Shown here one piece after another: positions 18,673 through 28,351 of a stretch of DNA of 64,000 nucleotides. The stretch lies in NCBI GenBank assembly GCA_002083825.1, contig DAZV01000039.1, positions 9,733 through 73,732 of the forward strand, read 5' to 3'. The translations under genes were made by a program, and so were the position numbers. The DNA comes from Candidatus Sericytochromatia bacterium S15B-MN24 CBMW_12 (GTDB lineage Bacteria > Cyanobacteriota > Sericytochromatia > S15B-MN24 > UBA4093). The notes beneath the pieces were generated by a model. That model had not been told where the DNA came from. It worked only from the letters and a program-made list of their open reading frames with translations, and did no database searches. How positions within the stretch are numbered: the stretch's first letter is position 1; each line of letters opens with the position of its first letter.

Positions 18673-19721
18673 GTCCATCCCTTCCACAAGGCGGAGCCCC
18701 AGCGCATGCCGCCTCCCAGCGCGCTGAGCGCGCACCAGCCCTCGGGCCGCTCGTGCCTTACCTCATGCAGGGCCATCAACAGGGAGGCCGCGCCCGTATT
18801 GCCGTACCGCTCGATCGTCGTGACCATGCGCAGATCCGGCCTTCCGAGCGAGCGATGAACGTCCTGCAGGATGGGCAACGAAACCTGGTGCGGGATCCAG
18901 AGTGCCAGCTCATCCATGCCGACCTGTGTCCTGGCGACCAGCTCCTGCAAGCCGTCTCGGTAGCGCGCGACGACCAGGTCGCGGGTCTGAGTCGGAGCCC
19001 CCCGGTAGTAGAAGGCGCCCGAGTCGATGTCCGCCTGACGGGGGGGCATGGAGCCGAAAACCCCCGCGTGATCCCATGTGGAGTACTCGCCGCCGAGCAG
19101 GCACGCGAAGTTCGGCTCCGGGGCCGCCTCGAGAACGAGCGCCCCCGCGCCGTCGCCCACGTTCAGGAAGCCGGAGAGAGCCTGGGCGTCCACGTATTTG
19201 CTCATGGTGTCCGAACCGACCACCAGCACGCGGCGGTAACCGTTCGCCAGGCTCATGGCTGCCCACTGCAGGGAGTACACGCTGCCCGCGCACCCGGCCT
19301 TGAGATCGAAGCTGGGGCCCATGTAACCCAGGCGCGCACAAAGGGGGCTCGCCGAGGGCAGCGTGGCCATGGGGGAGGTGTTGAGGGCGAGGATCACCAG
19401 ATCGAGATCGGAAGCTTGAAGTCCGGCATCCCTCAGGGCGGCCGAGGCCGCCTCGGTGGCCAGGTCGATGGCCGTCGCCTCGTCCTCGCGCGCCTCGGAG
19501 CCGACCCAGTGGCTCCAGTGGCGGCGCTGCCCCCCGCTGGCCGCGATCATTCGCTGCATGGCCTGCTGCTTGCGCAGGGAGAGTTCCCCGTACCCGAGGA
19601 CGCCGAGCATGTCCGCGTTGGTGACGACGTCTTTGGGGCCGTCGGGCGTGGGGCAGCTCGGCACGGCGATTCCCGAGCCCCGGACGCGCATGGATCCTCG
19701 GATGAGTGGCAACTCAGGCAT
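18669..19721 (-). CDS. KASIII-like condensing enzyme, divergent paralogue 2
   Basis: Thiolase-fold triad contexts 'DLKAGCAGSVYSL', 'WIPHQVSLPIL', 'YGNTGAASLL'. The N-terminal region is longer and more divergent than FabH. It overlaps the FAAL gene end by 8 nt. Confidence 0.8.
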   Translation of the reverse strand: MPELPLIRGSMRVRGSGIAVPSCPTPDGPKDVVTNADMLGVLGYGELSLRKQQAMQRMIAASGGQRRHWSHWVGSEAREDEATAIDLATEAASAALRDAGLQASDLDLVILALNTSPMATLPSASPLCARLGYMGPSFDLKAGCAGSVYSLQWAAMSLANGYRRVLVVGSDTMSKYVDAQALSGFLNVGDGAGALVLEAAPEPNFACLLGGEYSTWDHAGVFGSMPPRQADIDSGAFYYRGAPTQTRDLVVARYRDGLQELVARTQVGMDELALWIPHQVSLPILQDVHRSLGRPDLRMVTTIERYGNTGAASLLMALHEVRHERPEGWCALSALGGGMRWGSALWKGWT

Positions 19722-21372
19722 CCTGCAGAGGCCTACGTGACTCGATGTGGCGTTGACGGGCCTCGGAGCGTCTCACCTTGCCACTGGTGGTCTTGGGAAG
19801 GGACCGTGGCGGCAGGAGGATCACCTCGTCCACCCGCAGGCCGACATGCTCCATGACCCGCGTCCGGATGGCCCGGTGCAGCGCTTCTCGCTCGACGGCC
19901 ACCTGGAGGCGGGTCTCGACGTGCATCACGAGGTGTTCCGGCGCCCCGAACTCCTGGGAGTAGGAGAAGGCGATCGCTCCGCCGTTGCGGACCTCCGGCA
20001 GCGCCTCGGCGATCGCCTCGATGTCCTGGGGGTGGTATTTGCAGCCTCCCCTGATGATCAGGTCCTTGACGCGGCCCGTCACGTAGAGGCGCCCGGCGGA
20101 CAGGTAGCCCAGGTCCCCCGTGCGCAGGAATCCGCCCTGCAGGGCCTCTTGGCTCGCGGCGGCGTCTCCGAAGTAGCCGTCCATGATCGAGGGGGACTGC
20201 GCCCAAATCTCCCCGATTTCCCGCTCGGGGAGGTCCGCGCCACCTTGGTCGCGGATGGCGAGGGTGACGCCCGGCATGGGGGGCCCCACGCAGACGATCT
20301 CCTGGGCTGCTGCGTCCGGGTTCCCGGCAAGGACGGCCGACCGGTGCTCCTCGTAGGCCGCCCGCGTCAGGCGCTCGACCTGCATGCCTGCGCCGGGGCG
20401 GGTCATGGCGACCCCGAGCGTCGCCTCCGCGAGCCCGTAGGCGGCGACGAAGGCCCCAGGATCGAAGCCATGCGGCTGCATTCGCTCGGCAAAGGCCCTC
20501 AGCGTCGCTGGGCGGATGGGCTCGGCGCCCACCATTGCCGCGCGCCAGCGCGATAGGTCGAGTCCCGACAGGTGCGAGTCCGACAGGCGGGTGCAAAGCT
20601 GATAGGCGAAGTTGGGCGCCACCGAGATGGTGGCCCCGTAGTCGGAGAGGGCCCGCAACCAGCGAATGGGATGCTGGATGAAGTGCTGAGGGGGCATCAA
20701 GACCAGATGGCAGCCGACGACCTGGGAAAAGATCAGCTTGCCGATCAGGCCCAGGTCATGGTGCAAGGGGAGCCAGGAGACGAGCACGTCCTGGGGACCG
20801 GCCTCCAGCACGTCCCTGATGGCCCACGTGTTCGCCAGGAGCTGGGTCCAGCCCAGAGCGGCCCCCTTGGGGTGGCCGGTGCTGCCCGAGGAGAATTGGA
20901 TGATTCCGCCTCCGGGTCCTGCCGGCAGCCTGGCGTCACCGGTTGCTTGCGGCAGATCGTCGGGCGTCAGGATCAAGCACGGGGCGTCCGGCAGCAGGAG
21001 CCGGTTCTCGGGGGTGACGAGCGCGAGGCGTGGATCCGCCTTGACGAGCGTCCGGAGCAGCCGGAGCCTCTCGTGATCCTGTCCCGGCGTGGGCGGGGCC
21101 AGCGGGACCACCGTGGCGCCAAGCATCCAGGCCCCGAAAAGGGCTCCCAGGAAGTCCTCGCAGGTCGGCAGGACGAGGGCCAGTCGATCTCCCTCTCGCA
21201 GACCCGCTTGCTGCAGGCGCGCCGCCCATCCCATGGCGAGGGCGCTCAAATCGGCCCCCGTGTAGGACCTTGGGCCTGCGTCCTCGAACAAGGTCAGGCG
21301 AACGCGCCCGTGGTCCTTGATCCATTGTTCGTTGACCTGGATAATCAGAGAGTCTTGCGCCGTGAAAGCCAT
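19714..21372 (-). CDS. fatty acyl-AMP ligase (FAAL)-type adenylating enzyme
   Basis: Motifs 'IQFSSGSTGHPKGA', 'SWLPLHHDLGLIG', 'APNFAY', 'YGLAEATL', 'RTGDLGY', 'GRVKDLIIRGGCKYHPQDIE' match the FadD32/FAAL pattern as I remember it. Start is at MAFTAQDS (21372). The tracked 1027-aa ORF is an artefactual upstream extension. Confidence 0.85.
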   Translation of the reverse strand: MAFTAQDSLIIQVNEQWIKDHGRVRLTLFEDAGPRSYTGADLSALAMGWAARLQQAGLREGDRLALVLPTCEDFLGALFGAWMLGATVVPLAPPTPGQDHERLRLLRTLVKADPRLALVTPENRLLLPDAPCLILTPDDLPQATGDARLPAGPGGGIIQFSSGSTGHPKGAALGWTQLLANTWAIRDVLEAGPQDVLVSWLPLHHDLGLIGKLIFSQVVGCHLVLMPPQHFIQHPIRWLRALSDYGATISVAPNFAYQLCTRLSDSHLSGLDLSRWRAAMVGAEPIRPATLRAFAERMQPHGFDPGAFVAAYGLAEATLGVAMTRPGAGMQVERLTRAAYEEHRSAVLAGNPDAAAQEIVCVGPPMPGVTLAIRDQGGADLPEREIGEIWAQSPSIMDGYFGDAAASQEALQGGFLRTGDLGYLSAGRLYVTGRVKDLIIRGGCKYHPQDIEAIAEALPEVRNGGAIAFSYSQEFGAPEHLVMHVETRLQVAVEREALHRAIRTRVMEHVGLRVDEVILLPPRSLPKTTSGKVRRSEARQRHIESRRPLQDA

Positions 21373-21486
21373 GCGATCGCCGTTTCGTAACGAAGTGGGG
21401 AGTCTTGTTCGGCTATACCCAAGCCCGTACGAAAGAGCACCTAACGGGCAATACCTCGTGTCGGCCTCAACCTGAAGGGATACCTC

Positions 21487-22047
21487 ATGACGGATTGGAT
21501 CACCCTCGTCGCCATCATCGGCAGCACCCTGCTGCATTTCATCCTGGAAGGACGGATCAAGGCCAATCCCACGGCCGCGGATCGCGTCTTCGACCTCAAG
21601 AGCGCGCGGCTCTGGAACCTGATCACCCTGTCCTGCATGGCCTTGCCGCTCATCGAGATGGCGATCCTGGGCCCCGTGACGCCTTGGCCGCGCGGGGCCA
21701 TGCTGGGACTGCCCCTCATGACGCTCGGCATGGGGCTGCGCTACCAGGCGATCCTCCAGCTCGGGGCGTACTTCACCTATCCCATCTGCCTGCGCCCGGA
21801 GCATCGGCTGGTCCAGGAGGGTCTCTACCGCCGCTGGCGCCACCCTAGCTACTTCGCCAACTTCCTCATCCTGACGGGTGCCTGGACCATGCTGCAGAGC
21901 CGCTGGTTGCCTTTCGGAATCCTCGCCTACGCCGCCATGACCTGGTACCGCATCCGGCGCGAGGAGAAGGTGCTGCTGGAGCATTTCGGGGAGGATTACG
22001 CCCGCTATCAGGCGAGCAGCAAGGCGCTGATACCCTTCGTCCTTTAG
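21487..22047 (+). CDS. isoprenylcysteine carboxyl methyltransferase (ICMT/PEMT)-family membrane methyltransferase
   Basis: Five hydrophobic helices. Family motif 'GLYRRWRHPSYFANFLIL' and C-terminal 'REEKVLLEHFGEDYARYQ'. It is divergent from the FAAL gene. Confidence 0.8.
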   Translation: MTDWITLVAIIGSTLLHFILEGRIKANPTAADRVFDLKSARLWNLITLSCMALPLIEMAILGPVTPWPRGAMLGLPLMTLGMGLRYQAILQLGAYFTYPICLRPEHRLVQEGLYRRWRHPSYFANFLILTGAWTMLQSRWLPFGILAYAAMTWYRIRREEKVLLEHFGEDYARYQASSKALIPFVL

Positions 22048-22100
22048 CGCCAGCGGCTGTTGATTAAGGCAGCGAGAGAACGCCGTCGAGCTTTGCTCTA
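22045..22100. repeat. intergenic repeat family, short form copy B
   Basis: 'tagcgccagcggctgttgattaaggcagcgagagaacgccgtcgagctttgctcta'. Its first TAG is the stop of the ICMT gene and its last CTA is the TAG stop of the minus-strand acyltransferase gene. Confidence 0.85.
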
Positions 22101-22883
22101 AAGCGATCGCGCGAGGGGCCTGGCCGGATTCCCGCCCCAGCGCTCCTGCGCTGGGATGTGGGTGCCCTTCTCGACCACCGAGTTCCAGTCGAGCTCGCAG
22201 CCGTCGCCGAGGGTGCAGTTGGACTGGATCATGCAGTAGGGGCCGATCTTCACCCCCGAACCCACCCTGACGTTCGGGCTGAGCGCGGTGCGGGCCCCGA
22301 TGAGGCAGTCCTCTCCGATGGTCACCCCCGGACCGACCTCGGCGGCGCCGCCCAGGACGCTGCGGCTCCCGATCCGGATGCTCCCGAACAGGAGGGTGTG
22401 GCCCTCTCCGCCCAGGTGGGTGGCGAGGCTCGAGAGGGTTCCCAGCGTCACGTCGTCTCCTACCTCGACGAGGCAGGGCTCCAGGATCGTGACGTAGGGG
22501 GCGATGTTGGTTCGGCGGCCGAGCTTGGCTCCCATGAGCCCGAAGTAGAGGCGCTGGAAGGAGATGAAGGTGCTCAGGAAGGGCTTCAGCTCCCCGAGGG
22601 CGAAGCCGTGGAAGAGCGTGTAGAATCCCCAGCGCAGGAAGGTAGGGGATCCGGCCGGCGCTGGCCCCGGCGTCAGGCGTCCCACCAGGAGGCGCGAGAG
22701 CACGCCGCAAAGGATCAGGAACAGGAAGATGCCCAGGTACCCCAGGAAGGGCAAAACCCCGACGAGGCCCCAGACTCCCCCGCGTCCGAAGGCCCACTGC
22801 CCCACGAGAACCATGGGCCCGAAGGCAATGGGAGCCAAGAGGGCGACCAGGATCAGCCGCATGAGATCGTAGAGGATCAGCAT
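22098..22883 (-). CDS. membrane-anchored hexapeptide-repeat (left-handed beta-helix) acyltransferase
   Basis: The N-terminal ~110 aa have 3-4 TM helices. The C-terminal part shows imperfect hexapeptide periodicity ('VEVGDDVTLG', 'IRIGSRSVLGGAAEVGPGVTIGEDCLIGARTALSPNVRVGSGVKIG'). AGGAG RBS. Confidence 0.75.
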   Translation of the reverse strand: MLILYDLMRLILVALLAPIAFGPMVLVGQWAFGRGGVWGLVGVLPFLGYLGIFLFLILCGVLSRLLVGRLTPGPAPAGSPTFLRWGFYTLFHGFALGELKPFLSTFISFQRLYFGLMGAKLGRRTNIAPYVTILEPCLVEVGDDVTLGTLSSLATHLGGEGHTLLFGSIRIGSRSVLGGAAEVGPGVTIGEDCLIGARTALSPNVRVGSGVKIGPYCMIQSNCTLGDGCELDWNSVVEKGTHIPAQERWGGNPARPLARSL

Positions 22884-22890
22884 AAGGCTC

Positions 22891-24126
22891 CTAGTAGCTC
22901 ACGTGCTCGATCTTGCGCCGTTCGACGACGCGGATCCGGTCGGGGGCGTCCATCTCGTAGGTGACGCCCCGCCAGGTGATGCGGTTGGTCGGGATGGAGG
23001 CGACCACGTTGACGAGCCCCAGAAGGCTGGTGAGTGGCATGGCGAGGAGGTAAGCGAGGGGCAGCTTGCGGTAGTGCTCCGCGTTCTCCGGCACCGCGTC
23101 GCGCAAGGCCCCGAGCATGATGGCGCCCATCAGCCAGGTCAGGGGGGCATGGGTCAGAAGCAGGAATATGGCGGGGTCGAGCTGTCCCCGGAAGAGCCCC
23201 ATCGTCAGCAACACGAGGCTCATGAGCAGGAAGAAGTTGGGCAAGCCGTAGGAGATGAAGGCCGTTCCCCACATGCGACCGAGGTAGACCTTGGCGATTG
23301 CCATCTGGCGGTTGGTCCATTCCAGCAGGCCGGGCATGGTCGCGTTCTCGAAGGTGCCCACCACGCAGTGGGGGACGAAGCAGATTCCCAGGCCCGCCTC
23401 CTTGACCGAGGCGGCGACGAGGGGACCGTCACAGAGGGCTTGCTCCCATCGCCGGGCAATCTCCAGGCGCTCGAAATTGTGACGAAGGATGGCCATGGAA
23501 CCGGCCCAGGTGCCGTTCAGCTTGTCGTTCGCGAGCACCGCCGTGGACATCATGCTCCAGGAGGAGCGCAACAAGGAGGCGAGGTTGCCGTCGGTCGGGA
23601 AGATCATGCGGTAGCCGGTGCTCGCACCGAACTGCGGATCCCCGAGGGGACGAACCAGGTCCCTCAGCCAGGAGGCATGGGGTCGGATATCCGAATCGAT
23701 GAAGACCAGGGCCTGCGAGTCGGGATCCGCATGGCGCAGCCCGACCAGGTGGTTGTGGTTCTTCTCGCTGCACAAGGAGCCGTGACCCGACACGACGATC
23801 CGGGCGCGAACGCCCGGATGGGCCGCGATCGCTTCTCGGATGACCGGCAGGCAGGGATCCGTCTCGTCGGCCACCACGCAGAGCAGTTCCCAGTCCGGAT
23901 ACTCCTGGCCGAAGATGGCTGCCAGGTTCTCCTTTAGCCCGGGGTCGAGGCCCTTGCAGGGCAAAAGGATGCTGCAGCGAGGCGAGAAGTCGGGGAAATT
24001 CCGGCTCGGGAAGTCCCGGACATACTGCCTGAACCGCATGGCCAGCGCCACCGGGACCAGGTTGAAGGCCAGGGCCAAGAGGCCCACTGAGAGGGTTCCG
24101 GCCGAAAAGCCGCTGAACGTGATCAT
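22891..24126 (-). CDS. glycosyltransferase family 2 (GT21 ceramide-glucosyltransferase / HpnI-like)
   Basis: N-terminal TM helix, then 'CSILLPCKGLDPGL', 'ALVFIDSDIRP' (DxD-type), followed by C-terminal TM helices. The ATG at 24126 forms an ATGA overlap with the MMPL stop. Confidence 0.8.
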   Translation of the reverse strand: MITFSGFSAGTLSVGLLALAFNLVPVALAMRFRQYVRDFPSRNFPDFSPRCSILLPCKGLDPGLKENLAAIFGQEYPDWELLCVVADETDPCLPVIREAIAAHPGVRARIVVSGHGSLCSEKNHNHLVGLRHADPDSQALVFIDSDIRPHASWLRDLVRPLGDPQFGASTGYRMIFPTDGNLASLLRSSWSMMSTAVLANDKLNGTWAGSMAILRHNFERLEIARRWEQALCDGPLVAASVKEAGLGICFVPHCVVGTFENATMPGLLEWTNRQMAIAKVYLGRMWGTAFISYGLPNFFLLMSLVLLTMGLFRGQLDPAIFLLLTHAPLTWLMGAIMLGALRDAVPENAEHYRKLPLAYLLAMPLTSLLGLVNVVASIPTNRITWRGVTYEMDAPDRIRVVERRKIEHVSY

Positions 24127-26309
24127 GAGGGGATCCTGCCGTTTCTGAAGTGTGGCCCGCGAGGCCACCAGTAGTTCCAGCGACCCATCAGGGCCATCAT
24201 GGAGGGAACCAATACCAGACGAATGAGCGTTGCGTCAACCAGGATCGCCACCGAGAGGCCGAGGCCTATCTCCTTGAGGGTCCGGATTTCCATGGCCAGG
24301 TAGGGCAGAAAGACGCTGAGCATCACCAACGCGGCCCCGAGCACGACGCCGCTCGAGCGCTGCAGGCCGTCGGCGATCGCCTCGAGGGGCGGCATCCCCT
24401 CGTCATGGGCTTCTCGGATGCGCGCCAGAATGAAGAGCTCGTAGTCCAGGCTGATCGCATAGAGCACCGAGAAGAGGATCAGAGGCGTGAGGCTCTGGAC
24501 GTAGCCATTGCCGTAGGTGCCGAGGAACTGCGCTCCGAACCCGTACTGGAACACGGCGACCACCGCCCCGAAGCCGGCCAGCACCGGTAGCAGGTTGGTC
24601 AGGATGGCCTTGATCGGAAGGATGGCCGAACGCAGGAACCGCGCGAGCAGGAAGTAGGAGCCGAAGAGGTTGATGCCCAGGACCCATGGCAGGGCCTTCT
24701 GGAGGGCTCTCTGGGAGTCCTCTTGCTCGGCGAGCATTCCTCCCAGGTAGGGCCTGGCTTCAGGGATCGGATTCTCCCCCAGCGTGCGCGCCAGGTCCGA
24801 GAGCAGTCCGGCCCCCTCGGGACTGTCCGGCGCAAGGCGTGTCGTGACGCGCATGAGGGTGATGCGTCCGTCCGGACTCAAGGGTGAGGAAGGCAGCACC
24901 AGGCCCGCGAGGGACGACTTCAGGAGGTGGGAGAGTGCCGCCGGACTCAGGCCGCGATCGCTCGCGAGGCTTTCGACCCGGGCAACCCGCGGATCGGCGG
25001 CGATGGCCGCTTCGACCCTGCGCAGGCCCGCGAGGAAGGCTTCCTCCTTGGCTCCGTCCGGGCGATCGCACTGCCAGGTGACGAGGATCGGGCTCACGAG
25101 GCCGCCCTCCCCACGGGAGAGCAGCCACTCGAAACCGCGGTAGCTCTCGAGCCCATGAGGCAAGAGGGAGATGAAGGGAGACCAGGTCCTGGCGTGAGCG
25201 ATGGGGAGGATGAGTAGCCCCAAGAGCAGGGACGAGAACAGCAAGGAGCGCCGCGGCCTCTGGACGATGGCGCGGCTGAGCCTCCCCCAGGTACGCGCGG
25301 CGGGGCGGTCCTTGATCCGCAGGAGCGAGGCCAGGGGGAAATAGCGTCCGAGCAGGAAGAGCGCGCTCGGGATCAGCGTGAGCGTGAGGGCCGCCGCGAT
25401 CGGTCCCGTCAAGGCGACCGTCAGTCCGATGGACCGGACCTCCGGGACGGCGACGACCAGGAGCGAGAGCCCCCCAAGCGCGATGACGAGGCTCGAGAGG
25501 CCCACGGTCCTCCCGGCGGTAGCCAGCGTTCTCGCCAGGGCGCCCTCGGGGTTCTTGGCATGTTCTTCTTTCAGGCGCGAGAGGAGGATCAAGGGGTAAT
25601 CGATCCCCAGGGCCATGGCCAGGATGGCGACCATGATCTGGTTGAGGCTGGAGACGGGTAGCCAAGGGAGCAGGAGCGCCATGACGAGGTTGCCCGCAAG
25701 CAGGGTCGATAGGCCCGAGAGCAGGGACAGCGCGGCCATGAGGATGCCCCGGAAGGTGAGGACGAGCACGATCATGGAGATCAGGAGGGACACCTTCTCG
25801 ACCCGGGCGAGGTCGTCGCTGAGCTGCTGGAAGGCGTCGTAGGCGGCCGCCCCCGGCCCCGTGAGGGCCGCCTCGACGCCGGGCGGCAGCGTCACTTGGC
25901 GGATGGCCCCGCGCAGTGCGGGGATCATGCGGGCCGGCGGGATCCCGCGCTCGGTGATCACGAGGAGGGGGGTGGCGCCCTGAACGCCGCGCACGCCGGG
26001 GACCGCGCGGAGGGCGCGCTCGAGGTCGGGTTCGACCTGCCGGGCGACTTCGGGATCACCGCTCAGGACGAGGAGGTGGTGCGAGCCGTCCAGGGCGGGG
26101 AGGGCCCGGGACAGGTGAAGGCGGGCCATGGCCGAGTCGGAGTTGGGAGGGGGGGCTTGTTCTTGGACCAGGCGCGTCGCGAGGTGCGGAGCCAGCCAGG
26201 CCCCCAGGGCAAGGACGATTGCCCAGCCGAGCACCCAGAGGAGCGGCCAGCGCTGGACCCGGGGGCCAATTCGGGTCGAGAGGTCGGATGGTGTCGTGGA
26301 TCGTCCCAA
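24123..26309 (-). CDS. MMPL/RND-superfamily lipid exporter
   Basis: Two blocks of ~6 TM helices separated by soluble loops, typical of MMPL proteins. The proposed TTG start at 26309 lies 9 nt after GGGAGG. The upstream 88 codons of the tracked ORF have no Met and overlap the divergent promoter region, so the start is uncertain. Confidence 0.8.
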   Translation of the reverse strand: MGRSTTPSDLSTRIGPRVQRWPLLWVLGWAIVLALGAWLAPHLATRLVQEQAPPPNSDSAMARLHLSRALPALDGSHHLLVLSGDPEVARQVEPDLERALRAVPGVRGVQGATPLLVITERGIPPARMIPALRGAIRQVTLPPGVEAALTGPGAAAYDAFQQLSDDLARVEKVSLLISMIVLVLTFRGILMAALSLLSGLSTLLAGNLVMALLLPWLPVSSLNQIMVAILAMALGIDYPLILLSRLKEEHAKNPEGALARTLATAGRTVGLSSLVIALGGLSLLVVAVPEVRSIGLTVALTGPIAAALTLTLIPSALFLLGRYFPLASLLRIKDRPAARTWGRLSRAIVQRPRRSLLFSSLLLGLLILPIAHARTWSPFISLLPHGLESYRGFEWLLSRGEGGLVSPILVTWQCDRPDGAKEEAFLAGLRRVEAAIAADPRVARVESLASDRGLSPAALSHLLKSSLAGLVLPSSPLSPDGRITLMRVTTRLAPDSPEGAGLLSDLARTLGENPIPEARPYLGGMLAEQEDSQRALQKALPWVLGINLFGSYFLLARFLRSAILPIKAILTNLLPVLAGFGAVVAVFQYGFGAQFLGTYGNGYVQSLTPLILFSVLYAISLDYELFILARIREAHDEGMPPLEAIADGLQRSSGVVLGAALVMLSVFLPYLAMEIRTLKEIGLGLSVAILVDATLIRLVLVPSMMALMGRWNYWWPRGPHFRNGRIPS

Positions 26310-26595
26310 GCCCCCGAGCCTCCCTAAAAAGCAAGCACAATGGAATTCCTGGCGGGATGAGAGCCCTGTACCCCGGGTCGGTTCAAGGCTAACGGCCGCG
26401 TCTGCTTCAAGGAGGGCCTGCGCGCCTGGGGCCCCGATCAACGGGTTTTTTTTCACTTGCCGTTCGGGAGGGGGGCTGGCGCGTCGGGACGAGATCGCGG
26501 CCGGCTGGAGAATTTGCTCTCCAGCCGGTTGATCGGTATCGGAGCATTGGCGTGGTATGCTTTGGGGGTTCACATCACGTCACGGGAGGTGGGCC

Positions 26596-28284
<1,689 letters not shown>

Positions 28285-28309
28285 TCGACTGGCGACCAGG
28301 AATGCTGGG

Positions 28310-28318
28310 TGGTATAGT
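28310..28318 (+). promoter_or_regulatory. extended -10 element (TGgTATAGT) upstream of second GH57 gene
   Basis: TGnTATAGT at 28310-28318, 33 nt upstream of the ATG at 28352. There is no good -35. Confidence 0.3.
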
Positions 28319-28351
28319 GGAAGCGACTATTTTACCGCCTGAGGACACTCC

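Noticed and set aside
21373-22797. N-terminal 475 codons of the tracked 1027-aa ORF 19714-22797
   Set aside because: This part is Arg/Pro/Gly-rich, runs antisense through the ICMT gene and out of frame through the acyltransferase gene. FAAL homology begins only at MAFTAQDS (21372).
24123-24168. Longer start (24168) for the glycosyltransferase
   Set aside because: The 24126 ATG gives the classic ATGA stop-start overlap with the MMPL gene. The extra 14 codons overlap the MMPL coding end.
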